In this document: positions 28,268 through 42,215 of the stretch, piece by piece
How positions within the stretch are numbered: position 1 is the first letter of the stretch
Layout: each line of letters begins with the position of its first letter
Source of the DNA: the human T2T-CHM13v2.0 reference genome, Homo sapiens
Length of the DNA stretch: 64,000 nucleotides
Reading direction: 5' to 3' (one strand)
Assembly (NCBI RefSeq): GCF_009914755.1
Contig: NC_060934.1
Translations under genes and position numbers: made by a program
Notes under the pieces: generated by a model
Seen by the model: only the letters and a program-made list of their open reading frames with translations
Databases searched by the model: none
Told to the model about the DNA's origin: nothing

Positions 28268-29312
28268 TGCCAAAAACAATCACAACAAAAGCAAAAACTG
28301 ACAAATGGATCTAGTTAGACTTAAGAACTTCTGCACAGCAAAAGAAACTATCAACAGAGTAAATGGAAACTATACAGAATGCAAGGAAATATTTGGAAAC
28401 TATGCATCTATAAGGAATTTAAACAAATTTATGAGATTAAAATAAGTAACCCCATTACGAAGTGGGCAAAGGACATGAACAGACACTTTTCAAAAGTAGA
28501 TATACACACAGCCAACAAGCATATGAAAAAAAGCTCAATATCATTGATCATGAGAGTAACGCAAATCAAGAGCACAATGAGATGCCATCTCAAACTTGTT
28601 AGAATGGCTATTACTGAACAGGCAAAAAATAACAGGTGCTGGTGAGGTTGTGGAGAAAAGGGAACACTTAAACACTGTTGGTGGGAGTATAAATTAGTTC
28701 AACAATTGTGAAAGACAGTGTGGCGAATCCTCAAAGAGCTAAAAATAAAACTACCATTCAACCCAGCAATACCATTACTGGGTATATACCAAAAGGAGTA
28801 TAAGTCATTCTACTATAAAGACACATGCACACAAATGTTCACTGCAGCACTATTCACAATAGCCAAGACATGGAATCAACCTAAACGCCCATCAATAGCA
28901 CACTGGATAAATAAGACATGGTGCATGTACACCACGGAATACTATGCAGCCATGAAAAAAAAAAATCAGATCATGTCCTTTGCAGGAATATGGATGAAAC
29001 TGGAGGCCATTATTCTAAGCAAACTAATGTGGGAACAGAAAATCAAATACCACATCTTCTCACTTATTAGTGGGAGCTAAATAACGAGAACACATGGAAA
29101 TAGAGATGGGAACAACAGACACTGGGCCTACTTAAGGGTGGAGGTTGCGAGGAGAGAGAAGATCAGAAAAAAATGCCTACTGGGTACTATGCTTAGTACA
29201 TAGGTGATGAAAGAATCTGTACACCAAACCCCCATAACATGAGTTTACCTATGTAACAAACCTGCACATGTACCCCTGAACCTAAAATAAAAGATTAAAA
29301 AAAAATTAAAAA
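28268..29312 (+). mobile_element. 5'-truncated L1PA (older, ~PA11-13) ORF2 3' part and 3'UTR
   Basis: ORFs 28379-28645 and 28718-29080 resemble the L1 ORF2p C-terminus (KWAKDMNRHFSK; PFNPAIPLLGIYQKEYKSFYYKDTCT); A-rich tail. Confidence 0.92.
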
Positions 29313-29314
29313 GT

Positions 29315-29651
29315 CAATTCACATCAGAGTGCTATGTATTTTATGATTCCATTTGTGTGCCATTCTGGATAACACAGAATCAGGATACAGATCACTGGTT
29401 GCGTTGGGCTGGAGGTGGGGAAGGGGAATTGACTATAGTGAGGCACAAGAGAACTGATAATATGTGGTATATCAAAGTCTGTCTTTAAGAGAACATTCTG
29501 AGCTAATGGAATCCTTCTACGTACTTGTGGTGGTGGTTACAGAACTTTATATTTTCAAAACTCATGGAACTGTACACCTAAAAGGGGTAAATTTTACTGT
29601 ATGTTAATTATATATCAATATACCTGACTTTAAAAAATAAAAATAAATAAA
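29315..29651 (+). mobile_element. L1MC/ME-type 3' end
   Basis: tatgattccattt...aaaactcatggaactgtacacctaaaaggggtaaattttactgtatgttaattatatatcaata followed by an A-rich tail. Confidence 0.75.
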
Positions 29652-31123
29652 ATATCTTATTAAATGTCTAGGTTTTCAAATAAATATAAATTATATTAGA
29701 GGAATTTACACTCAGGTGAGGAAAAAAACATTGTTCTGATGACACCTGAGAAAGGAGCTTAGTCAAATGTCCATTTCATAGCATGTAGACCTGCTGCTAT
29801 AGTATTTTTCTGTTGCTATGAAAGTTATCACTAATTTATTTGCCCCACATTGATGATCTGCCTGCTCTTATGTATTCAGATGGTGTGCAAATTCTCTGAA
29901 GTTTTCCCTTGAGACAGTATCCAGAAACTTGTGGTGAAATTGGACATTCCTACCTTGGTATTCTCATGTTGAGATTTGCTTGCCTCACTAAGGGGCCTTC
30001 CTTTTGGTCGACAGGGCTGATATTTCTGGGTTCCTGACAATGAGAATGTGTGCAGAAAGTCTATTTCAAATTGGGACAATGACCTTTTAGTCTCACGTGC
30101 ACTTTTACTTTTCTTTTTAAAAATATTTTACTTGAACTTTGGGAATAATACCCTTTGTTCTCAATTAAAATAGTTTCCTGCAAGAATTTCTATCTCTGAG
30201 TAAGAAGCAAGTCAAGACGAAAATAATCCATGTGAAATGACTTCCTGAGAAATGACTTTTGAGAAAGATTTTTAACCAATACTCCACGGGATCACTGAAT
30301 TTCTTTTGATTTATTGATGGTGTATTGTAAATATGACACCCTGCCCTAACATGATAATGACATGTCTTCCTTTCTCCGATAATATGTGATATATTAAAGT
30401 CTGTCTTTAAAATCTGCATTTTGAATTTTGGGAGGGTACTCTGTGTGCTTTTTTTGAAGTGCTTGGCCTAATATTTATGTTGCATATTCTAAGATAAAGA
30501 CAGCAAAATTGGCTTGGCTGATGATGGAGCGTAAGTATGAGTATAAACATGTTTTCCAAATGATGACAACACTGAATATCATGAGAGTTTAGTCAGTGGA
30601 ACTACAGGAGAATGTTAGGAATGAAGTCTTGACCACACACAGCACACATGCCCTTTACCAACGGGGTATGGAGAACACAGAGCTCTGATAACAATACTTG
30701 TTTAGGGTCTCCCAACCCCGCCTTTGTCTAAGGGACTAAGCGTGTACCTAAGTCTTCTTGGTAGTAAGTATATATGGATGATTAGAAGCAAACATTGGTT
30801 TCAGAAGCAATGCATCACATATTGAAGTTGCAGCTGGCTTGATAGAAAAGTTATGAAAAAAATATGGAACTAAATTCCAGCAATTGCATTCTAAGCTGTG
30901 CCCTGCCAGGTGACACAGACTGGGGACACTTTTTAATCAAGTCAGAAATTACCTTAGTGAAGGGAAGCAAGGAAGAAAATGATTTAAAAGGAAATATGGT
31001 TCTTATTCTTGAGAATCTTAGAGTCTAATGAGGAGATGAAACAGACTTGATGGTGTAAGAACATGATCAAACAATGTCAGTAAATGAAAATACACTTAAT
31101 GATTACCTAAAATTTATTCTAAG

Positions 31124-31400
31124 TTTTTTTTTTTTTTTTTTTTTTTTTGAGACAGAGTCTTGCACTGTCGCCCAGGCTGGAGTGCAGTGGCGTGATCTTG
31201 GCTCACTGCAATCTCCATCTCCCGGGTTCAAGGTCCCGAATAGCTGGGATTACAGGGACATGCCACCATACCTGGCTATTTTTGTATTTTTAGTAGAGAT
31301 GAGGTTTCACCATGTTGGCAGGCTGGTCTTGAACTCCTGACCTCAAGTGATCTGTCTCTCAAAGTGTTGAGATTACAGGTGTGAGCCACTGCGCCCAGCC
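31124..31400 (-). mobile_element. AluS with two internal deletions
   Basis: poly-T; 'gggttcaaggtcccgaatagc' and 'gatctgtctctcaaagt' lack consensus segments. Confidence 0.92.
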
Positions 31401-32606
31401 TATCCTAATCTCTTCATGTAAAAAAGACTGTCTTCCCACTCTAGCAGAGGAAGTCCATGTTGTGCAACCCCTGTGGCTCTCAAAGGTACTTGAGGCTGGA
31501 TCTGAGAGCCAAGTGGACTCTCATTTTGTCCCCACTTCTTGCTAGCTAGATGGATTTAGGGAAAATTTCTTAAATGTTCTAAGCTTCAGGTTTTTTTTTT
31601 TTTTCTCTAAAATGGAACTAAAATGAATAGTCTCTCTTTCATAGGTTTTCATAAGCATTTGCAGACCGTAAGGCTACACGCAGAGGACACACATCCTTGC
31701 CTCCTCTCCAAGACTAAGTGGGGACTAGTGGTTCTGGGCTGGGGTGATCAGAGCTTCCAAGGAGAATCAAGCTTCCACATCTTCACCCACACCAGCTGCA
31801 AAAGGGAGGGCTATCCAGTTAGCTGGTTGAAGCATCGCTCTCATAAAGTAACTGCTTCCCCTTGCAGGATGCTGCATGGAACATCTCCAGCCCCAACCTG
31901 GAGGAGGACAAGAGGAGAGGCTGTCAAAGCGAAGACAATTCTGCCTGTTGGCAGACGCCCTGGCCCCAGTTTGTATCTTGCCTCTTCAGTCATCACTGCT
32001 AGGATGTTTGGCCATGAGAATAGGAAACGTCAGTGAGTCCCGCTACGAAGCCACTTGAGAATCATGAACCCATGGCCAGGAAAGGATAAATTGTGGGGCT
32101 TAAGCTAGAATTCCAACAAGCTCCAGGAAGGTCTGTCCCAAGGCTCCTGTTCTAGCATCAGTAGTTGGCTCTGCTTTCAGGGGAAAATGCTGTGGATGAC
32201 ACTCTTCCTTGTGGCTTTGGGGCATGAAGTGCCTGTCGGCTCCTCCAGGTCCTGGGAAGGATTCCCCCACCACCCCTTAGGGGATCCTCCTGCCTGACAC
32301 TGATCTTGAAACCCGACTTATCTAAGACCTTATTCTTGCATGAAGTTGCCTGATATAAACTCTTCTTACTTCCCCCACCCCCACATTCTTAGACTTATTT
32401 CAAAGTTGTAATCATTACTTATTTTAGAATAAAAGTTAGTGCAGCTAAGAGTGCTAATGTCTCCCAACTGTGAACCAAGGAAAGCAATGCCAGATAGCAG
32501 CACTGACTTAGTTTAGGATGTAGGAGCCCAGACCATGCAGAAAGTCTGCTCTCACAACAGAGGCGTGATGAATACTCCTGCCGGGGTCTACAGAGCTCTT
32601 CTTCTT

Positions 32607-32940
<334 letters not shown>

Positions 32941-33881
32941 AAACCTGCCTTCTTCCCCGGTTAAATGACAAGATGGGGTGGCAGAGGAGAAGCTGTGGGT
33001 CCGGATTGTGGCAGGTGGGTAGGCTGTCGGGAGCAGGACCAGGACTGTGTTTAGGGGGATGTCCCAAATTGAGTGGCAGCCTTATTTTGGGGAAAAAAAT
33101 TCTTAAAACTCACCCCATAATAGTCTCCCTCCGATAAGCAGCTGTCCCCTGGAGGCATCAGAAAGCTGCACAACAAAGCCGTCTGGCTCAGTTTTGCAGT
33201 GGTCTAACTTCAGTGTGCGTGAGACATCTTCTCCCACTGTTTGTTTCTTCTCTCGCTCACTCTGGTTAAATGATAGATAAATCAGCTTGGCAGGAACATT
33301 ATGTTTCTATTCATTTGCTGGAGTGCTGGGCCCACAGAGCAGCCTTGATAGTGTTCAACGCTAATACCGTGACGATCAGGCAAAGCCCTTGAGCCAGGGG
33401 TGGCATTTGGAGAAAACAGTGGGAAGGAGGGCTCTGTAAATAAGTACAAGCTTGGGCACATTGCTCACCTTTGCCATTAAGTGGCTTCCAAAATAGACTG
33501 TATCCTGCGAGGGATTTGAATGGAGACATTCTTCCTGAGCGGGAAAGTATGTGCAAATTGTAGTGAGATCAAGCTGCAAGGACAGGAAATCGCAAGCAGG
33601 GGAGCCGACAGAGTGGCAGCGGATGAGCAGGCTGACGGAGTGACACAGCCCAGGGGCAGCATGGACGCTGCCAGCATAATTATCCCCGGACCTCGTCACC
33701 ATAGCCAGCTTGGCACCTGGGCCGTGGCTGCAGATGGAGGATGGAACGCAGCCAGCCGGCTGGATACTACCTTTCCAGGGCTGTCCTGGGTGCTTTGTTT
33801 GTTCTCATACTGGGAGGAGAGATGGTGGCTTTTGTTAACCAAAACACAAGATAGGAAAATCATATTTTTTAAAACGTTTAA

Positions 33882-34185
<304 letters not shown>

Positions 34186-34189
34186 AAAA

Positions 34190-34772
34190 CATTTAATTTT
34201 TATGGGCACATGATAGGTGTATATATTTATGGGGTACATGAGATATTTCAATACAGGCATACAATGCATAATAATTACATCAGGGTAAATGGGGTATCCA
34301 TCTCCTCAAGCATTTATCATCTCTTTATGTTACAAACATTCCAATTATACTCTTTTTGTTACTTTTAAAAATACAAAAAATTGTTGACTGTAGTCACCCT
34401 GTTGTGCTATCAAATATTAGATTTTACTCCTTCTGTCCAACTATATTTTGTATCCATTAGCTATTCCTCCCAGCCCCACCCCACTACCCTTCCTAGCCTC
34501 TGGTAACCATCTTTCTATTCTCCCCATGAATTCAGTTGTTCTTAATTTTTAGCTTGCACAAATGAGTGAGAACATGCAAAGTTTGTCTTTCTGTGCCTGG
34601 TTTATTTCACCTAACACAGTGACCTCCAGTTCCATCCATGTTGTTGTAAATGACAGGATCTCATTCTTTTCGATGGCTGAATAGTACTTTACTGTGCACA
34701 TGAATCACATTTTCTTTATCCATTCATCTGTTCATGGACACTTAGTTTGCTTCCAAATCTTGGCTATTGTGT
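34190..34772 (-). mobile_element. L1MA (MA2/3-like) 3' end
   Basis: ataggtgtatatatttatggggtacatgagatattt...ccagttccatccatgttgttgtaaatgacaggatctcattc. Confidence 0.9.
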
Positions 34773-34999
34773 CTTGTACTGTGAAAAATAATAATTTTTA
34801 CAGTAGATCATGTTCTATTAGCTGTGATTAGCTGTGAAAGCAGACTTGCCGCCATTAGAAAATAGTCAGTCATTCAAAAATGCCTATTTGCACCCTCTAA
34901 CCTGCCCAGTACAGTAGTTTGAGTCATTGCCCTTGGGAATTTAAAAGGCCACACACTGAGAATGCCAGTCCCCAGCGACTTAGGGTGAATTTCTCCAAA

Positions 35000-35002
<3 letters not shown>

Positions 35003-35036
<34 letters not shown>
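35003..35036. repeat. (GT)17 microsatellite
   Basis: Read directly from the sequence. Confidence 0.95.
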
Positions 35037-35038
<2 letters not shown>

Positions 35039-35889
35039 ATGTTCTCCCCAGGGTACTGACCCCAGATAGCCCACAGTGCTGTGGGCACCTCAGCATGGCT
35101 TGGGCAATAACAGAAAAAACAGGAGGGCAGACACGGCTTCTGTTGTGGGAGCCAAGGACACTGGAACCCTGCAGTCCCTGGCAAAGCCCCCTTTCTTCCT
35201 ACCTTCCTTAGAGACCTCTGGATTTCACAGTCCCAAGAGCCCCTTCCTGTGGCTGCCTGGCCACAGGAAGGACTTCAGGGAGGGAGTGAAAGACAGCTGT
35301 GCACAGCGCCTGATTGGTGACAGGTTTCCTGGTTTATGGGGTGGGTAGAGGATTCCCACCTCATGATGTGGTGGGGAGGGGTGCATGGCAGGGCTTGCAG
35401 TAGAGTTTGCAGCATGGGGTCTGCCCCTGGGTTCCTGGCCTGCCAGTACCCAGCTCCCGGGCCCACTGAACCCAGCTCTAGCCAAGTTTCTCCGTGGAGG
35501 AACCCATGGATGATGGATCATGGAGGCCAATTGTCTCCATGACTTGAGGATCCACTGAAGCACAGGTGGTCTTCCGAGGCCTTCAGAGTCTGGGTTCTTC
35601 TAGCCCTTGCCTATAGCTGCCTCGCTTCAGTTTATGCTGCAGTAGATAATAATTCCTTGCCTTTGAAGGGAGAGTATTTCAGAATTTTCAAAATCTGCTT
35701 GCACAAGTCATTTGATCTTCATGGCTAGCTTTTATGGGGGATATTATTTTAAAGATGGAGATACCAAGTCAGGGAGAAAAGAGAGAACTTCATTCACGTA
35801 TTTGATGTGGACGAGTTATGACCTGAACCCAGGCTGGTAAGTGCCAGCCCTGTGCTGCTGCCCCGGAAGGGCCTGGAAACCATGAGACC

Positions 35890-36280
35890 CCATAGTGCAG
35901 TGCGGTGGTAAGGTCTGGGCCCTGTAGCCAGGCTGCCTACCACCGACTAGCCATTCATCTGAGACAAGCACGTTCATCTCTGCGCCTCAGCCTCTGCATA
36001 AAATGGGACTAGCACCCACCTCATAAGGTTGCATTAACACATGCTTGTTAGTACAAGTTTGTGTCTATAACGATAGCCATTCTCTTTTGGTGCTTATTAC
36101 GTACCTGGCACTGTGCTTTGCACTTTATGGCATTCATTCATTTAATCATCACAATAACCTTAGGGGATAGATACGCCTTATTTTCCCATTTCAGAGATGA
36201 AGAGACTGAGGCGGAGAGAGACAAAGTCGTTTCATAACAGCAGGAAGACCAAGGACCATGCTCTCTTGATCACAACACCA
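35890..36280. mobile_element. Two MIR fragments in opposite orientation
   Basis: ctctgcgcctcagcctctgcataaaatggg...ctcataaggttg (+) followed by cctggcactgtgct...cccatttcagagatgaagagactgaggc (-). Confidence 0.65.
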
Positions 36281-36320
36281 GGCTTCTTTTAAAACAAAGG
36301 TTGGCTCCCAGTAAATACTA

Positions 36321-36651
<331 letters not shown>

Positions 36652-38549
36652 CTATTGGGGTAGTTGTCAATGTGGGGTGGTATGATATCCAGGCCCCACT
36701 ATCCCAGACACCTCCTCTGCAAGTTAGTTCCCGGTAGCCGGAACACCACAATCAAGACTTCAGTTTGGCTGAACAGAACTTTTGTCCATGTTAAAATGCA
36801 AAGTCCCCCTGGGAAGGCTTCCATTAAACCTGAACTTGCTTCGAAGCCCTGGCATCAGTGAGTTCTGAGGCTGTGTCTGGGGAAGTTTGATGGAGGAGAG
36901 AGAGAGAGAGCCTGACCATACTGCTTGGAGTGGTAATGAGGGATAGCTCTGCTGGTGGAAATGTGGCAGAATGAGGTAGAAATCATGTAAAAAGGAAGGA
37001 TGAGGACTCGTCTATCTTACACCTTTTCCCAGCTGTTAAAATGATCTGTATCGCATAGGACCTCATTAGAGCTCATTCTTGGAGCACTTTTTTCATGAAT
37101 TGTTTTAGGGCTGTTATGTGTTGGGAATCACAGACTAATAGGGCTTCTTTGACAGATGAGGAATTCAAAGTATGGCTAGGTCACACCGCTAGGCAGTAAA
37201 AAATCCAGAGCCAGCACCTTAGAATCCTGCCTCTCTGTATGAATACCATTTATTTTCCTATTCTCTGATAAGCTTTACAAGAAGCTATCGTATATGACCT
37301 TTGCAATAAATTTTAAAATTTCAATGTTGATTTTTCTTCTCGGCCTCAGCTTAGCAGTAAGGGTGAGGAGTTCTTCCTTGCTGGTTTTGGCACCAAGGCT
37401 GAGACTTTCTGGTAGAGGGCTTGTCATTTAATGTGTAGTTTCCAATCTCCTCTCCTGAAACCCAGGTTTAATGATGCTTCCCTGCCTTCCAGGTATGTAG
37501 TGAGGGTTAATTAGATGATGCTTGCATAGGGCTTTGAAGATGAAAGCACCATGTAATTGTTATTACATATCATCTCCTCCAGAAACCAGGAATGCTTCTA
37601 CTTCAGGGAACACTTGAACGTGTCTCCACTTGTATCGTTCACTTTAGGATAAAACTTGTCAGGCATCAGTGAACTAATGATACTGTGTAGCGCGCTGGGG
37701 ATCAAACAATCCAAACAAATGAACACTCAGAACTCCTTGGATCACCGGGAAGCCGCTGTCGGTGGGCTTGGTGATGGAATGAGCCCACCAATTCAGCAGA
37801 AAGCTGCTGGGAAGTTTTCCCCATAACTGGGTCCCCAGCATGAGAAAACGTGAGTTATTAAGAGAATGTCATGGCTCCAGAGACCAGAAAGTGCTGGAAC
37901 AGACAGGAGAGGCACTATGTGACATTTTGGAGGAGCTGGGGCAGGTCATGGGAGAGGAGGGTAGCAGAGTGAAAGACGTTTCTTACAGTGTTTGAAAATT
38001 ATTTCAAGAGCCTCCTGATGGGTCTCCCTCCCGGTGGTCTGATTTCAACACACCAGTCCATGTTCCTTCCACTGCCAGGCTAACTGTACTTCCATCAACC
38101 TTCAGGGCCTTCCTCTTGCCAAGAAAATAAAGTCTAGTTCTTTTAAAGCCATGCTATGGCCTTGCTGTGACTCTCGATTTTCTGCCTCTTGTTGATTTTC
38201 CTTCATGCTCCTCTTCCCTGCATGAGAGCTCTCTTCCCTACCAGCTCATGCTGCCCCATCATACTCAGACTAACATGCCTTTCCCACCCTGCACCTTTAC
38301 CACATGAATCCTTGACATTAGCCCAGCTGCTTTGTCCCTGCTGATTCTTTCCCTGATTCTGCAGCTCCCAAGAGCACCCTCCTTTTAGTCAGTTCTGTTT
38401 GCTGTTCATTTACTTAGCATTTATCTACATTTTGTTATATTGGCATGTATCTGTTAATATGAATATTTTCCTATTTGCTATTTGGACTGAAAAATCAGGG
38501 AGACCAGGGCACTGTTTCTTATATTCATGCAGAGTACTCCGTGGGAAAG

Positions 38550-38704
38550 TTTTTTTTAGAGTTGGGGTCTCATTCTGTTACCCAGGCTGGAGTGCAGTGG
38601 TGTGATCGTGACTCACTACAGCCTTGAACTCCAGGATCAAGCAATCCTCCCTCCTCAGCCTACCAAAGCACTGAAAATACAGGCATGAGCCACCATACCT
38701 GGCT
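38550..38704 (-). mobile_element. Alu monomer (FRAM/FAM-like or left/right hybrid)
   Basis: ~155-bp antisense arm with a right-arm 3' part and a left-arm-like 5' part. Confidence 0.8.
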
Positions 38705-38784
38705 AGGGTCAGCAAGTTTTAAACTCCATTAGGGGAGGGTAACTCTAATACCTAACACAGTGCCTGACATACCTTAGGGGCTTT

Positions 38785-39320
38785 CCCCAGTTATTTACTG
38801 CTGTGTAACCAATCACTAAAAGTTAATGGTATGCAATACCAACAATGATTTATTATTATGATCTCTCTTGGTCCTGGGGATTGAGTTGGCTCAACTGGGT
38901 GGTTCTGGCTTGGGACGTCTCATGTGATTGCAGTCAGATGGTGACTGGGCTGGGTTCATCTCAAAGGCCTCCCATGCCTATTTCCTGGGCTGAGAAGACT
39001 TGAAGAGCTGCAGAAGCTGATGTTCCTCAGGTATGCCTCTCTATCTGTATTTGAGCTCTCCAGGTGGTCCCTCTAACATGTCAGCTTCAGGGTAGCTGGA
39101 CTTTCTGCATGACAGCTTAGGGCTCCAAAGACACATGCCCCCAGAGAGTCCTGCACAACTGCACCCCTTTTCTAATGCATCTGGGAGTCAAGCAGCAGCG
39201 TCTCCACTGTGTCATGTTCATTCACAGTATCATATGCCAATCCCTTTTCAGAGGCAGAGGAATTGACCTCTTTGATGGGGGAAGTGTCAGAGGATTTGGG
39301 GGCATATTTTACAACCACCA
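38785..39320 (-). mobile_element. MLT1 (F/G/H-like) MaLR LTR
   Basis: agttatttactgctgtgtaaccaatcac...gctcaactgggtggttctggcttggg...gattgcagtcagatgg...catattttacaaccacca. Confidence 0.75.
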
Positions 39321-39840
39321 GTTCTCAATACACACTTCTTAATTGATTGAATGAATAAATGAATGGATGAAGCGTCATTTTTATTTATTTTTGTTTTACC
39401 ACTTCCAATATGAAAGTAAGACAATGTGATAGTGTAATGAAACTAACTTTCTATCTTCTTCAACATAACAAAAATATTTGTTTATTTTTTAACATGTTTA
39501 CAACTCATGAGAAAGTATGAATTTCTTTTGTCCTTCTTATAAAATCATATTATGTTATTGACTGGAATTAATGGGTGTGGACTTCATTTCTCTGGATATT
39601 AATTTCCTTATGTGGTTGCCTCAGAAATACCTAACAGTATTAGCTTTGAGGAACCTTTGCTGTTATCTAAAAAAATGTTTTTTAAGAGTCCAGTGTCATT
39701 GATACCTCTTATTTCTTGTTCATCTCAGACTAATGTACTACTTTGCTAGGGCAAGTTAAGCAAGATTTTGGAAACTTCATCAAAGTTTTGGATTGCTCTG
39801 GGATCCCTAAGAGTAAAGTAATCAATAAAAGAATGACAGT

Positions 39841-40522
39841 TTTGTTGTTGTTGGTTGTTTTGACAATTTTGTTTTATTTTAGGTTTAGGGATACAACTGC
39901 AGGTTTGGTATATAAGTAAACTAATGTCATGGGAGTTTGGTATATAGATTATTTCATCACCCAGGTACTAAGCATAGTACCCAATAGGCATTTTTTCTGA
40001 TCTTCTCCCTTCTCCCTCCCTCCACCCTTAAGGAGGTCCCAGTGTCTGTTGTTTCCATCTTTATGTTCATGTGTTCTAATCATTTAGCTCCCAGTTATAA
40101 GGAAGAACATGAGGTGATTGGTTTTCTGTTCCTGCAAACCAAGGATAATGGCCTCCAGCTCCATCCTTGTTCCTACAAAGGACATGATCTCATTGTTTTT
40201 ATGGCTGCATAGTATTCCATGATGTACATGTACCATATTTTCCTTATCTGATGTGCCATTGATGGGCATTTAGTTGATTCCATCCATGTCTTGGCTATCA
40301 CGAAAAGTGCTGCAATAAGCATTCACGTGTATGTGTCTTTATGGCAGAATGATTTATATTCCTTTGGGTATATACCCTGTAATGGGATTACTCACACTGC
40401 TTTCCACTGTGGCTGAACTAATTTATGCTCCCACCAGCAGTGTATAAGCATTCCCTTTTCACATTCCCTTTTCTCTGCAACCTCACCAGCATCTGTTATT
40501 TCTTGACTTTTTAATAGTAGCC
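39841..40522 (-). mobile_element. 5'-truncated L1PA (PA13-15-like) with internal deletions and TSD
   Basis: Antisense L1 3' end; TSD aaagaatgacagtttt (39828) / aaaggatgacagcttt (40523). Confidence 0.9.
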
Positions 40523-40929
40523 AAAGGATGACAGCTTTGATGTTGAGAAGATGAGCTAAGTCTCTCTCATTCCCTGCCATCCTGGGTCTTCTAGGTCCAG
40601 GTGCTCATATGGTTGTCCTTGAAGAATCTCATAGCCTCCAACATTGTTCTTAATGGCCAAGAAAAAAGCTTCTTCGGCCCTAATGTATTGGACATCAAAA
40701 CCATGACTCATCTATTCTGATGGCTCTGGTGGAAGTCATTAGAACATGAGCATCTCCATTTGATGCTTCCTGCCTTTGCCTCCAAACCCGAGCCTGCATC
40801 CTGGCCATGTGACTGAAACAACTTAGAGGAAGCCTTGGTCAGCCCATGGCTCTCTAGTCCCGGTCATTGACTCAGTAATATTTCTTGTTTACCTCCTAAG
40901 TGGCAGGAATTATCACACCTGGAAGGTTC

Positions 40930-41918
<989 letters not shown>

Positions 41919-42104
41919 CAAGAGTCAGGGCTGCACAAGATGAGCTTTCACGAATCTTAGGAAACATTCTTCCTGAGGCAGGGCAGGTGCAGTCATTGAC
42001 TTCACAGGGTCTCCCCCATCATGCGGACATAGAGTCGTTTTGCCACCTGTCACTTCCTTGTGCTTTCTTCCTCTGCTCATTGAAACTTGGTTAGTCAGAC
42101 CAGG

Positions 42105-42215
42105 CCCACGCCTGGGAGCTGGTTAGAAACGTGGCCTCCAGCCCCGCCTCCGCCCTCCTGAATTGGAATTCACACTTTAACAAATCCCCAGGTGATTCCC
42201 ATAAGAAGCACTGCC
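42105..42215. mobile_element. MER5A fragment
   Basis: cctgggagctggttagaaa...tttaacaaatccccaggtgattc. Confidence 0.65.

Noticed and set aside
37474-37498. Second acceptor-donor overlap, cttccctgccttccag|GTATGT
   Set aside because: It falls within a MIR-like remnant and has a shorter pyrimidine tract; weaker than the 7419 site
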